Source: Parcubacteria group bacterium GW2011_GWA1_40_21
GTDB taxonomy: Bacteria > Patescibacteriota > Minisyncoccia > Phycocordibacterales > GWA1-40-21
DNA length: 41,582 nucleotides
Direction: 5' to 3'
NCBI GenBank assembly: GCA_000996205.1
Contig: LBYO01000003.1
Location: 1 to 41,582, forward strand
Each line of letters begins with the position of its first letter. The stretch's first letter is position 1. The position numbers and the translations under genes are program-made. The notes below the pieces were generated by a model, which saw nothing but the letters and a program-made list of their open reading frames with translations, was not told the origin of the DNA and made no database searches. This document shows, one piece after another, positions 10,902 to 19,688 of the stretch.

Positions 10902-11383
10902 TGTTAAGACCTCATCATTTTGGAGAAATATACGAGATTTTTGCAGGGTGGTTGTCCACGAAGTCAAGCGAAAAATACATCGATAGTTTGATTAAGAGAA
11001 AAATTGATTTTTTTGTTTCAAGCACAAATTATCCCCAGGAAACAATAAATAAACTAAAAGATATCCTTTTGAATTTTTTTTCCAATGATGACATTCTTGT
11101 CGTTTTCAAAAAGGGACCGGACAGCATATGTAATTCCGGATGCTTATTGTTTAATAAGGAATCGATTGCTAGTGCTGACAGCGAGTGTGTTAAAATCGCT
11201 AAAATGATGACCATTGCTGAACTTTGTGAAAAAGAAAACCCCAAAGAAGATGTTTTAATGGAAGAAATTTTTGAGATAGAGATAGGAAAAAAATACAGAA
11301 AGGAAGAATTAAAGTCTAAGATGATTCACGTCTTTCAGAAGTATAGAAAAATCTATTGGAAACGTTTAATTAGTGAAAATTAA
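10886..11383 (+). CDS. DUF1284-like metal-binding protein
   Basis: LRPHH near the N-terminus and a GPDSIC...C motif; SD aaaggag upstream. Confidence 0.6.
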   Translation: MDKTIMLRPHHFGEIYEIFAGWLSTKSSEKYIDSLIKRKIDFFVSSTNYPQETINKLKDILLNFFSNDDILVVFKKGPDSICNSGCLLFNKESIASADSECVKIAKMMTIAELCEKENPKEDVLMEEIFEIEIGKKYRKEELKSKMIHVFQKYRKIYWKRLISEN

Positions 11384-11419
11384 TTTTGCCTCATAAGCAA
11401 GATAAGAGTGCTGGTATTG

Positions 11420-11462
11420 AGAGTTCACTCGTGTATTAAATTGCACGGTGAACTCTTTTTTA
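11420..11462 (+). terminator. Intrinsic terminator
   Basis: agagttcac...gtgaactct followed by a T run. Confidence 0.7.
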
Positions 11463-11489
11463 ATTGTAATTTTTCTAATATGTAAAATA

Positions 11490-11513
11490 TTTGGACATCA
11501 GATGTCCAAGTTT
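11490..11513. repeat. Palindrome TTGGACATC-A-GATGTCCAA
   Basis: 9-bp perfect IR directly before the uvrB -35 box. Confidence 0.85.
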
Positions 11514-11514
11514 A

Positions 11515-11543
11515 TTGTCTATTTACAAAGACGGCGGTATAGT
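11515..11543 (+). promoter_or_regulatory. Sigma70-type promoter of uvrB (leaderless)
   Basis: TTGTCT-17 nt-TATAGT; ATG 7 nt downstream; no SD. Confidence 0.6.
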
Positions 11544-11550
11544 GTGAATC

Positions 11551-13701
11551 ATGCAAAAATTTAGACTTAAATCCGAATTCAAGCCGGCGGGAGATCAGCC
11601 GAAGGCGATTGAATCTTTGGTGAGCGGACTTAAAAAGGGTATGCGTCATCAGACACTTCTCGGGGTCACCGGCTCGGGAAAGACTTTTACCGTTGCCAAT
11701 GTTATTGAGAAAATTCAGAAGCCGACTTTGGTAATTGCTCACAATAAGACTTTAGCGGCTCAACTCGCGCAGGAGTATCGGGATTTTTTCCCGAATAATG
11801 CCGTGCATTATTTTGTTTCTTATTATGATTACTATCAGCCGGAGGCCTATATGCCGATTACCGATACTTATATAGAAAAAGAGGCGATGATAAATGAAGA
11901 GATTGACCGCCTCCGCCACGCTTCCACGCAAGCGCTTCTGACTCGCCAAGATGTTATCATTGTCGCTTCGGTGTCTTGCATTTACGGGCTCGGTTCTCCC
12001 GAAGAATACGAGAAAGTGAATATGAAGATTGAGAAAGGAATGAAGATAAGCCGAAATGAATTTATAAGGTCGCTTGTCGCGATTTTCTACGAAAGGACGA
12101 ATGCCGATCTTTCTCCCGGAATGTTTCGGGCGATAGGCAACGCGATTGAAATAATGCCGGTTGATGAAAGAGTGATTTGTCGGATTGAAATTTCGGGTGA
12201 AAATATTGAGAATGTCAAAAAGATTGACGCGGTGTCCAGAAGTTTTATCAGAGATATTGACATTTTCTATCTTTTCCCAGCCAAGCATTTCATCACATCT
12301 GAAGACCAAAAGAAAAAAGCGATTAAGAGCATAAAGACTGAAGCTGGGGAAAGGGTCAAGGAATTGGAAGCGGAAGGTAAGAATCTTGAAGCGGAAAGAC
12401 TAAAAAGAAGAACGAATTACGATTTGGCTCTCATAAGAGAAGTCGGATATTGCAATGGTATAGAAAATTATTCAAGGCATTTTTCGGGACGAGCGCAGGG
12501 TGAAGCGCCAGACACTTTAATCTCCTATTTTCCGCGGGCTACTCCGCATGGAAATGCGAACGCCCAAGGAAGCGCTGACTTTCTAACTATAATAGATGAA
12601 TCCCATGTGACCGTTCCGCAAATCGGTGGAATGTATGCGGGCGACGCTTCAAGGAAAAAAACCTTGATTGAACACGGTTTCAGGTTGCCGTCCGCGGCGG
12701 ACAACAGACCTCTCAAGTTTAATGAATTTGAAGAGAGAATCGGACAAGTGATTTACACTTCCGCGACTCCTGCCGAGTATGAATTCAAAGTAAGCGGGCA
12801 GGTGGTGGAACAGGTCATTAGGCCGACGGGGCTTATTGATCCTATGGTGGAAGTGAGGCCGATAACGGGAAGCGGTGATAAAAACCCCCACACCTTGACT
12901 GCAAAGTATAATATTCTGCGACAAAAAAAAGATAAGCAATCCCAAGTCAATAATATAAAGTATTCTACGCAAGGTGAAGGGGTAAATTACAAAGGTCAGA
13001 TTGCCGACTTCATCGCCGAAACAGAGAAAGCGGTGAAGCGAGGCAATAGAGTGATTGCCACCACGCTGACGAAAAAAATGGCGGAAGACTTGAGTGAATT
13101 TCTTAAAGAAAAAGGAGTGAAAGCGGAGTATCTCCACAGCGACATAAAGACCATAGACAGGATTGAACTATTGACTGAATTTAGAAAAGGGAAGTTTGAC
13201 TGTATTGTCGGGGTTAATCTTTTGCGAGAAGGATTGGATTTGCCGGAGGTGTCGTTCATAGGAATACTTGATGCGGACAAAGAAGGATTCTTGCGTTCCG
13301 AAACTTCGCTCATTCAAACTATCGGCCGCGCCGCGAGAAATGTGGAAGGAAGGGTAATTTTGTACGCCGACAATATTACAGGTTCAATGGAAAAGGCGAT
13401 AGGCGAGACCGAAAGAAGAAGAGAGATTCAGCTTGAATACAATAAGAAGCACAACATCACGCCGAAAACCATAATCAAGAAAATACACAGCATCACCGAC
13501 GAAATGGAGAGCCGACACCAGAAGACCGTAAAAACGCTTCTTGAGATTGATAAAAAATTATACGAAAAAAATCCGACAAAATTGATTAAGGAAAAAACCA
13601 AGCAGATGAATGATGCCGTGAAAATTCTGGATTTCGAGACTGCTGCAATCATCAGGGATGAAATCGTGGCAATTACAAAAGAACTGGAATCAAAAAAATG
13701 A
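11551..13701 (+). CDS. uvrB: Excinuclease ABC subunit B
   Basis: GVTGSGKT, YYDYYQPEAY, DESH, SATP, GVNLLREGLDLPEV, QTIGRAARN, C-terminal UVR domain. Confidence 0.98.
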   Translation: MQKFRLKSEFKPAGDQPKAIESLVSGLKKGMRHQTLLGVTGSGKTFTVANVIEKIQKPTLVIAHNKTLAAQLAQEYRDFFPNNAVHYFVSYYDYYQPEAYMPITDTYIEKEAMINEEIDRLRHASTQALLTRQDVIIVASVSCIYGLGSPEEYEKVNMKIEKGMKISRNEFIRSLVAIFYERTNADLSPGMFRAIGNAIEIMPVDERVICRIEISGENIENVKKIDAVSRSFIRDIDIFYLFPAKHFITSEDQKKKAIKSIKTEAGERVKELEAEGKNLEAERLKRRTNYDLALIREVGYCNGIENYSRHFSGRAQGEAPDTLISYFPRATPHGNANAQGSADFLTIIDESHVTVPQIGGMYAGDASRKKTLIEHGFRLPSAADNRPLKFNEFEERIGQVIYTSATPAEYEFKVSGQVVEQVIRPTGLIDPMVEVRPITGSGDKNPHTLTAKYNILRQKKDKQSQVNNIKYSTQGEGVNYKGQIADFIAETEKAVKRGNRVIATTLTKKMAEDLSEFLKEKGVKAEYLHSDIKTIDRIELLTEFRKGKFDCIVGVNLLREGLDLPEVSFIGILDADKEGFLRSETSLIQTIGRAARNVEGRVILYADNITGSMEKAIGETERRREIQLEYNKKHNITPKTIIKKIHSITDEMESRHQKTVKTLLEIDKKLYEKNPTKLIKEKTKQMNDAVKILDFETAAIIRDEIVAITKELESKK
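12884..12983. repeat. About 100-nt degenerate hairpin inserted in frame in uvrB
   Basis: Ends acccccacaccttg / caaggtgaaggggt (12/14 IR); encodes about 33 aa of extra sequence. Confidence 0.7.
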
Positions 13702-13754
13702 ACATTATAATCTAAAAAGACGAAGTCCCGTAAATGTCTTCGTGTTGCGGGGAT

Positions 13755-13814
13755 GAAACTGCCGCAATAATAAGAGATGAAATAAAGGAGTTGGAGAATG
13801 ACTCTAATAAATAA
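13755..13814 (+). pseudogene. Displaced duplicate of the uvrB 3' end
   Basis: Encodes ETAAIIRDEIKELENDSNK*; ETAAIIRDEI is identical to uvrB 13636-13665 but with synonymous codon changes. Confidence 0.8.
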
Positions 13815-13881
13815 AAAAATCCTGTGCTTACTTTGCCCGCTTGAGCATTTCAACACAGAATTTATATGAAAGTTTTACTGA

Positions 13882-14286
13882 TTATATCCTTGAGACATCA
13901 ATCAGTTTCTTGCAATACGACATTTGTCTCGTAACATATTTTCTGTACTCTTTTCTTTTATCAATCGAATCATCATCTAATATGTGTTCTGCGAATTGGC
14001 TAGGATTTTTATTAGAAATTTCTTTTACTTCAAGATTTCTATGGTTTATAATTTGTCCCCCAATGTGAACCTTTCTGAAATCACTTGGTAAATATTCCAA
14101 ATCAAAGTCTTTCAATTTTTCATAAAAAATTTCCATCCTTAAGAAAGACTCTACTATAACAATGTCCCTTTCTTCATTTGGAATGTCAAGATAGAATTTT
14201 TCATCAAGTTCATTAAACATTTCCATAATTTTTCGAACTACCAATTCCATCACTTCTTCCTTCAGATTTAAAATTTGAACAGGCAT
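13882..14286 (-). CDS. Hypothetical protein (AT-rich orphan)
   Basis: 134-aa ORF; strong SD aaggagg; TTGACA/TATAAT upstream at 14395-14369. Confidence 0.75.
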   Translation of the reverse strand: MPVQILNLKEEVMELVVRKIMEMFNELDEKFYLDIPNEERDIVIVESFLRMEIFYEKLKDFDLEYLPSDFRKVHIGGQIINHRNLEVKEISNKNPSQFAEHILDDDSIDKRKEYRKYVTRQMSYCKKLIDVSRI

Positions 14287-14424
14287 TTTAATCCTCCTTC
14301 TGCTTACGCATTCAATTTTAACGAAGAGGCAAAAAACGCTTTTTACCCCTAACTTATTCTCATCAAAGATTATAACCTTATTGTGATTTTGTCAACGCCG
14401 TGATAAGCTTGGCTATAAAATTTT

Positions 14425-17001
14425 ATGGACAAAAAAGAAGATAAAATCATAGTCAAAGGGGCGAGGACGCATAATTTGAAGAATATTACGGTGGAGATGC
14501 CGCGCAATAAGATGGTGGTTTTTACTGGGCTTTCCGGATCGGGGAAGTCGTCTCTCGCGTTTGATACTATTTTCGCCGAAGGACAGCGCCGATATGTGGA
14601 ATCACTCTCTTCTTACGCCCGCCAATTCATTCGCCAGATGCAGAAGCCGGATGTGGATGAAATAATCGGACTCTCGCCGGCGATTTCTATTGACCAGAAA
14701 TCAAGGTCCAACAATCCGCGTTCAACTGTAGCGACTATTACGGAAATCTACGATTATATGAGGGTTCTTTTCGCGCGCATCGGAAGACCTCATTGCCTCA
14801 TTTGCAATAGAGAAATTAAAAAACTGTCCAACGAGGAAATACTTGAGACGATTATTGAAACAGTGTCGTCAATTGACCTTTCCAAGAAGAGCAAAAAAGT
14901 GATGGGGGTGGATATTAACGGCGAGAAAATAAAAATTTTTTCGCCTGTCGTTGTGGGCAGAAAGGGAGAATACTATCAGCTACTTTACGATTTGCTCGCG
15001 AAAGGCTATGAGACAGTGATGATTGACGGGCAGATTAAAAAACTCCGCGATCAGATAATTCTCACCAAAACCAAAAAGCATAATATAGATGTTCTGGTGG
15101 ACGAATTCTTCTTGAGCGAATTTGATTTGTCCAAAGAAAACACTCGCGAAAGATTATCCGAAGCGATTGAAAAAGCGATAGAAGAATCGGGCGGGTTTCT
15201 GAAAATCGTCACGGCGGAAAGCGAGAAAATGATGTCGGTGAAATTTATGTGCCCTTATGACGGATATTCTTATCCTGAAGTCGAGCCGCGTCTTTTCTCC
15301 TTTAATTCTCCTTATGGGGCGTGTCATGAATGCAAAGGATTGGGAACAAGACACTTTTTCGGCGAGGAGCCTTGTCCGGTGTGCCACGGCGCGCGGCTTC
15401 GAGAAGAGGCGCTTCATGTCCTTCTTGGAGGGGTGAATATAGTGGAATTGGCGGGGAAGTCAATCGCCGATTCCAAAAAATTTTTTGATACTGTGAAGCT
15501 GACCGATCGGGAGAAAAATATTTCCAAAGTGGTGATGAAAGAAATACAGGCCAGACTTCAGTTTATGATTGATGTCGGCATTGAATACTTGTCGCTTGAT
15601 AGAAGAGCGCACACTCTCTCCGGCGGAGAAGCTCAGAGAATTCGTCTGGCATCCCAGCTTGGCTCGGGACTCGTGGGAGCCTTGTATGTCTTGGACGAGC
15701 CGACTATCGGACTTCACCCGAGAGATAATGACCGTCTTATAAAAACTCTTTTGAATTTGAGAGACATCGGCAACACTATCCTCGTCGTTGAGCACGACGA
15801 GGATACGATTTATTCTTCTGACTATATCGTAGACATAGGTCATGGCGCGGGAGTCCATGGCGGAAATGTCGTAGTGTCCGGATATTTGGATAAGCTTTTG
15901 ACGGAAAAGAAGAATTCATCCGGTTCAATAACACTGGATTATCTAAGAGGTGAAAAAGTCATTGATTTTCCGGAAAAAAGAAGGACATCGGAAAAAGGTG
16001 AAATCAAAATAAGGGGAGGAAAAATTTTCAACATAAAAAATTTGAATGCTGACTTGCCGCTCGGAAAACTCGTCTGTATCACTGGAGTTTCCGGCTCGGG
16101 CAAGTCCTCTTTCATCTATGAAATTTTGCATAAGAATCTCCAAGCCCGTCTTGAAAGAAGATACAGGACGAATGAGGTGTTTAATTGCAAATCATTTACC
16201 GGCTCGGAATATTTAAGTCGCACTATTATGATTGACCAGTCAGCAATAGGAAGGACTCCACGCTCAAATCCTGCGACTTACACCGGCGCTTTCACTTTCA
16301 TAAGAGATATGTTCGCGGCTACGAGCGAAGCGAAAGCCAGAGGGTGGAGAGCTAATAGATTTTCTTTCAATGTCAAAGGCGGGCGATGCGAGACTTGCCA
16401 AGGAAACGGAATGATTGAAGTGGAAATGCATTTCTTGCCGACCGTCTATGTGTCGTGCGATGTCTGCGGAGGTAAGCGGTTTATGAAAGAAACGCTAGAG
16501 GTAAAATTCAAGAAAAAAAGCATCTATGATGTCCTTCAAATGACTGTGGAAGAAGCGCTGGAATTTTTTGAAGATATTCCGGCAATTTCTGACAGACTGA
16601 AAAGTCTGAACGATGTCGGGCTTGGCTATTTGGAATTGGGGCAATCGGCGACGACACTCTCCGGCGGGGAAGCGCAAAGAGTGAAAATTTCTTCCGAGCT
16701 TTATCGCGCCGGCCTGCAGAGGACAATATATCTTTTGGATGAGCCAACCATCGGACTTCATTATGAAGATGTGAAAAAATTGATTGAGATACTTGAGAAG
16801 TTGGTTCATAAAGGCAATACTGTGGTCGTCATTGAGCATAATATGGACTTGGTCAAAAACGCCGATTATGTGCTTGACTTCGGTCCCGAGGGCGGTTCGG
16901 GTGGCGGGGAGGTGGTAGCCAAAGGAACACCGGAAGAAATCGCTAATTCTACAAAATCTCATACGGCTAAATATTTGAGAAAGGCGCTGAAAAGGAAATA
17001 A
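14425..17001 (+). CDS. uvrA: Excinuclease ABC subunit A
   Basis: GLSGSGKSS, two LSGGEAQR signatures, LDEPT twice, Zn fingers. Confidence 0.98.
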   Translation: MDKKEDKIIVKGARTHNLKNITVEMPRNKMVVFTGLSGSGKSSLAFDTIFAEGQRRYVESLSSYARQFIRQMQKPDVDEIIGLSPAISIDQKSRSNNPRSTVATITEIYDYMRVLFARIGRPHCLICNREIKKLSNEEILETIIETVSSIDLSKKSKKVMGVDINGEKIKIFSPVVVGRKGEYYQLLYDLLAKGYETVMIDGQIKKLRDQIILTKTKKHNIDVLVDEFFLSEFDLSKENTRERLSEAIEKAIEESGGFLKIVTAESEKMMSVKFMCPYDGYSYPEVEPRLFSFNSPYGACHECKGLGTRHFFGEEPCPVCHGARLREEALHVLLGGVNIVELAGKSIADSKKFFDTVKLTDREKNISKVVMKEIQARLQFMIDVGIEYLSLDRRAHTLSGGEAQRIRLASQLGSGLVGALYVLDEPTIGLHPRDNDRLIKTLLNLRDIGNTILVVEHDEDTIYSSDYIVDIGHGAGVHGGNVVVSGYLDKLLTEKKNSSGSITLDYLRGEKVIDFPEKRRTSEKGEIKIRGGKIFNIKNLNADLPLGKLVCITGVSGSGKSSFIYEILHKNLQARLERRYRTNEVFNCKSFTGSEYLSRTIMIDQSAIGRTPRSNPATYTGAFTFIRDMFAATSEAKARGWRANRFSFNVKGGRCETCQGNGMIEVEMHFLPTVYVSCDVCGGKRFMKETLEVKFKKKSIYDVLQMTVEEALEFFEDIPAISDRLKSLNDVGLGYLELGQSATTLSGGEAQRVKISSELYRAGLQRTIYLLDEPTIGLHYEDVKKLIEILEKLVHKGNTVVVIEHNMDLVKNADYVLDFGPEGGSGGGEVVAKGTPEEIANSTKSHTAKYLRKALKRK

Positions 17002-17013
17002 TTATTTTTTATA

Positions 17014-18267
17014 ATGATTCCAATCAATCAAACTAAAAAACTTCCTGACGCGGCGGGGGTGTATTTATTCAAGAAGGGAAAAGAAATACTTTACATAGGG
17101 AAAGCTACTTCGCTCAGAGACAGAGTGAGGAGTTATTTCAGTGCGGATTTGGCAAACACAAGAGGTCAATTTATCGTGGATATGGTCGGCAAAGCGGAAA
17201 AGATTGATTATTTCAAAACTGATTCCGTCTTGGAGGCGATTATTCTTGAATCCAATCTCATAAAAAAATACCAGCCGAAATACAATACCAAAGAGAAAGA
17301 CGATAAAAGCTACAATTATGTCATCATTACCAAAGAAGATTTTCCTCGCGTCTTGCTTATTCGCGGGAGGGAGCTTGAAGCTAAAGTCGGCGGGGTTCAC
17401 GAATTAAACATAAAATACAAATTCGGTCCGTATCCGAACGGGTCGGCTATAAAAGAAGGATTGAAAATAATAAGAAAAATTTTTCCTTTCAGAGACAAGT
17501 GCAATCCTTCCAAGGGGAGTCCTTGGAAACCGTGTTTCAACAGACAGATAGGTCTTTGTCCGGGAGTCTGCTCGGGTGAAATATCAAAGACCGATTATGC
17601 TGACACAATTCGCAATATCAAAATGTTTTTTGAAGGGAAAAAGAAAAATCTTATTAAAAAACTTGAACGACAGATGAAAGAATTCGCCAAGAATCGGGAG
17701 TTTGAGAAAGCCGGCAAAGTCAAGAAAACATTATTCGCCTTGAATCACATCCAAGATGTCGCATTGATAAAAAAGTCGGAAGAGGAAATCGTTGAAAATG
17801 TTTTCAGTCGCGGGGCAGTTTTCAGAATGGAAGCGTTTGATGTCGCTCACATAAGCGGGACAAATACGGTCGGGGCGATGGTTGTTTCGGAAAATGGCGA
17901 GCTGAAAAAATCGGATTATCGCAAGTTTAAAATAAGGGGCGTTAAAATTCCCAATGACACCGCCACTCTTAAAGAAATCTTGGAAAGAAGATTAAAGCAC
18001 AAAGAATGGCGTTTGCCCGATGTAATTGTTTATGATGGTGGAATCGCCCATAGAAACGCCGTTCTGGAAATTTTTAAAAAAGATTTGGGTGAAAATCACG
18101 GAATGAAAATTATCGGAGTAGTTAAAGACGAAAGGCACAAGCCGAAGAAGATAATCGGCGAGGCAGAAATAATCAAAAAACACAAAAAACAAATACTCCT
18201 CTTAAACAGCGAAGCGCACCGCTTCGCGATCAGTTTCCACAGACAGTTGAGAAATTTGAATCGTTAA
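17014..18267 (+). CDS. uvrC: Excinuclease ABC subunit C (short, no C-terminal HhH)
   Basis: GVY...YIGKA GIY-YIG domain, PKYN...KDDK, Cys cluster, EAFDVAH, YRKFKI, PD....DGG, EAHRFAI.FHR. Confidence 0.93.
   Translation: MIPINQTKKLPDAAGVYLFKKGKEILYIGKATSLRDRVRSYFSADLANTRGQFIVDMVGKAEKIDYFKTDSVLEAIILESNLIKKYQPKYNTKEKDDKSYNYVIITKEDFPRVLLIRGRELEAKVGGVHELNIKYKFGPYPNGSAIKEGLKIIRKIFPFRDKCNPSKGSPWKPCFNRQIGLCPGVCSGEISKTDYADTIRNIKMFFEGKKKNLIKKLERQMKEFAKNREFEKAGKVKKTLFALNHIQDVALIKKSEEEIVENVFSRGAVFRMEAFDVAHISGTNTVGAMVVSENGELKKSDYRKFKIRGVKIPNDTATLKEILERRLKHKEWRLPDVIVYDGGIAHRNAVLEIFKKDLGENHGMKIIGVVKDERHKPKKIIGEAEIIKKHKKQILLLNSEAHRFAISFHRQLRNLNR
17508..17528. repeat. 21-nt palindrome in frame in uvrC
   Basis: ttccaagg-ggagt-ccttggaa. 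Confidence 0.6.
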
Positions 18268-18338
18268 ATAAATCAATTTTTATCTACCCTCAATTTCCCA
18301 TCCGCTTACGGCAGGATTCATAATCCGTCAAAAACATA

Positions 18339-18366
18339 TCTCTAATTCGCGCGAATGGTAGAATAG
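18339..18366 (+). repeat. 28-nt palindromic direct repeat (ATTCGCGCGAAT core), partner at 18659-18686
   Basis: 25/28 identity; the pair brackets the arsR gene. Confidence 0.9.
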
Positions 18367-18391
18367 ATTTGTATTCAGTATAATGTTGATT

Positions 18392-18658
18392 ATGAAAGAA
18401 AAAGAATTGGAAAAAATTTTGAAAGCGCTTGCAAACAAATGCCGCCTTTCTATTTTGAAATATCTCAAATCTGAAGGTTCGGCTTCGGTTGGAGATATTG
18501 CGAGTGAAATCAAGCTTTCGTTCAAGGCGACCTCCAAGCATTTGATGATTCTTTCGCATGCCGATATTGTGGAAAAAGAACAAGTCAGTCTGACTATGAT
18601 ATAAAGCCTGTCAAAAGAAAATCATCCTATTGTTAAAAAATTGTTTGAGTTGCTCTAG
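18392..18658 (+). pseudogene. ArsR/SmtB family HTH regulator with an internal TAA
   Basis: LKALAN..RL.IL, SVGDIA..IKLS..ATSKHL..L. TAA at 18602-18604, after which the frame continues SLSKENHPIVKKLFELL*. Confidence 0.75.
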
Positions 18659-18686
18659 TCTCTAATTCGCGCGAATAGGCGAATAG
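18659..18686 (+). repeat. Second copy of the arsR-flanking repeat
   Basis: tctctaattcgcgcgaataggcgaatag, starting immediately after the TAG. Confidence 0.9.
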
Positions 18687-18821
18687 TATGAAAATAATTG
18701 GATAGTGATCGTGGCGGGCGAATGGGACTTTGCGCGCAAGACTGTCGGCGATGTGTCAGCGGTGGGGGCAGTCTATGCGTTAAAATTTTACAAGCTCTTA
18801 ATTTATGTTAAATTGAAGCCT

Positions 18822-19196
18822 ATGAAATACGAAGAAGCGAAAAAACTTTTAGATATTTACGGTGAAGCGTGGTTGAAACAAGATCCGGAACTTATTCTTA
18901 CAATTTTTACTCCTGACGCCGTTTACGATGATTCTAAAGAACCGGAAAATCATGGACATAATGAAATCAGATATTATTGGGTCAATAAAGTCATCGGCGA
19001 ACAAAAAGATATTAAATTTAAATTGCTTAATGTGTGGACGGATAGGAATGAAGTTATCGCTGAATGGGATGCCGAGTTTGTTGATATAAAAAGAAATTTG
19101 CGCGTACAGATGCGAGAAATCGGGATTTTTACGACCAAGGACGGAAAATTCAGCTCGTTGCGCGAATATTATAAAACAACAAAAACACCTCTTTAA
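18822..19196 (+). CDS. SnoaL/NTF2-like protein
   Basis: Y..AW...DPE....IFTPDAVY, G..EIR.YW, DGK...LREY. ATG 18822 lies 7 nt after TGtTAAATT. Confidence 0.85.
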   Translation: MKYEEAKKLLDIYGEAWLKQDPELILTIFTPDAVYDDSKEPENHGHNEIRYYWVNKVIGEQKDIKFKLLNVWTDRNEVIAEWDAEFVDIKRNLRVQMREIGIFTTKDGKFSSLREYYKTTKTPL

Positions 19197-19241
19197 CCTT
19201 TCATTCCGATTTTTTTCAGTGTATCATATGATTATATTTAC

Positions 19242-19359
19242 CTTGAATCACTAAACTCCGTTATGAGCGGAAACTTGCGGAGCGCGGCTGGCGAGGAGAG
19301 AGCAATCCGTCAGCCGACGGATATGTGTGTTCCGCGAATAATGGAGTTTCGTGATTCAC
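19242..19359 (+). repeat. 118-nt structured hairpin element (member 2), upstream of gatC
   Basis: Long terminal IR; ATCCGTC-AGCC-GACGGAT hairpin; homologous to the reverse complement of 25803-26033. Confidence 0.88.
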
Positions 19360-19370
19360 AATATTTATTT

Positions 19371-19661
19371 ATGATTGAACTAAAAGATATAGAAAAACTG
19401 GCGGAGCTTTCAAGAATCAATGTTTCCGGCGAGGAGAAGCAGGCATTCCTTAAGGACATAGAATCTATTTTAAATTATGTTGACCAGATTAAAACGGTCG
19501 CCGGGGAAGCGGATATGACAATGTCGCGTCAAGAAACGGAGCTTGCAAATGTTTTCAGAGAAGATAAGGATTGCCGCGATTTAGGGCGATTTACTGAAGC
19601 TCTCATTGAATCCGCGCCGGAAAAAGAGAATGGATACATAAAGGTCAAAAAAATCCTGTGA
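19371..19661 (+). CDS. gatC: Asp/Glu-tRNA amidotransferase subunit C
   Basis: IEKLAELSRI, IL.YVDQI, NVFRED, APE..NGYIKVKKIL. Confidence 0.95.
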   Translation: MIELKDIEKLAELSRINVSGEEKQAFLKDIESILNYVDQIKTVAGEADMTMSRQETELANVFREDKDCRDLGRFTEALIESAPEKENGYIKVKKIL

Positions 19662-19688
19662 ATTATATTCTTCACTACAACCTAAACC

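Noticed and set aside
18602-18604. Stop-codon reassignment
   Set aside because: TAA, TAG and TGA all end conserved genes normally in this window; this is a single nonsense change or a sequencing error.
19242-19359. T-box riboswitch upstream of gatCA
   Set aside because: No T-box consensus or terminator, and homologous copies occur in unrelated contexts and on the opposite strand.
19263-19370. N-terminal extension of GatC in the ORF track
   Set aside because: It is the translated repeat element; GatC homology starts at ATG 19371. The same kind of over-extension affects tgt, rpmE, rpsB, the SnoaL gene and the 40173 ORF.
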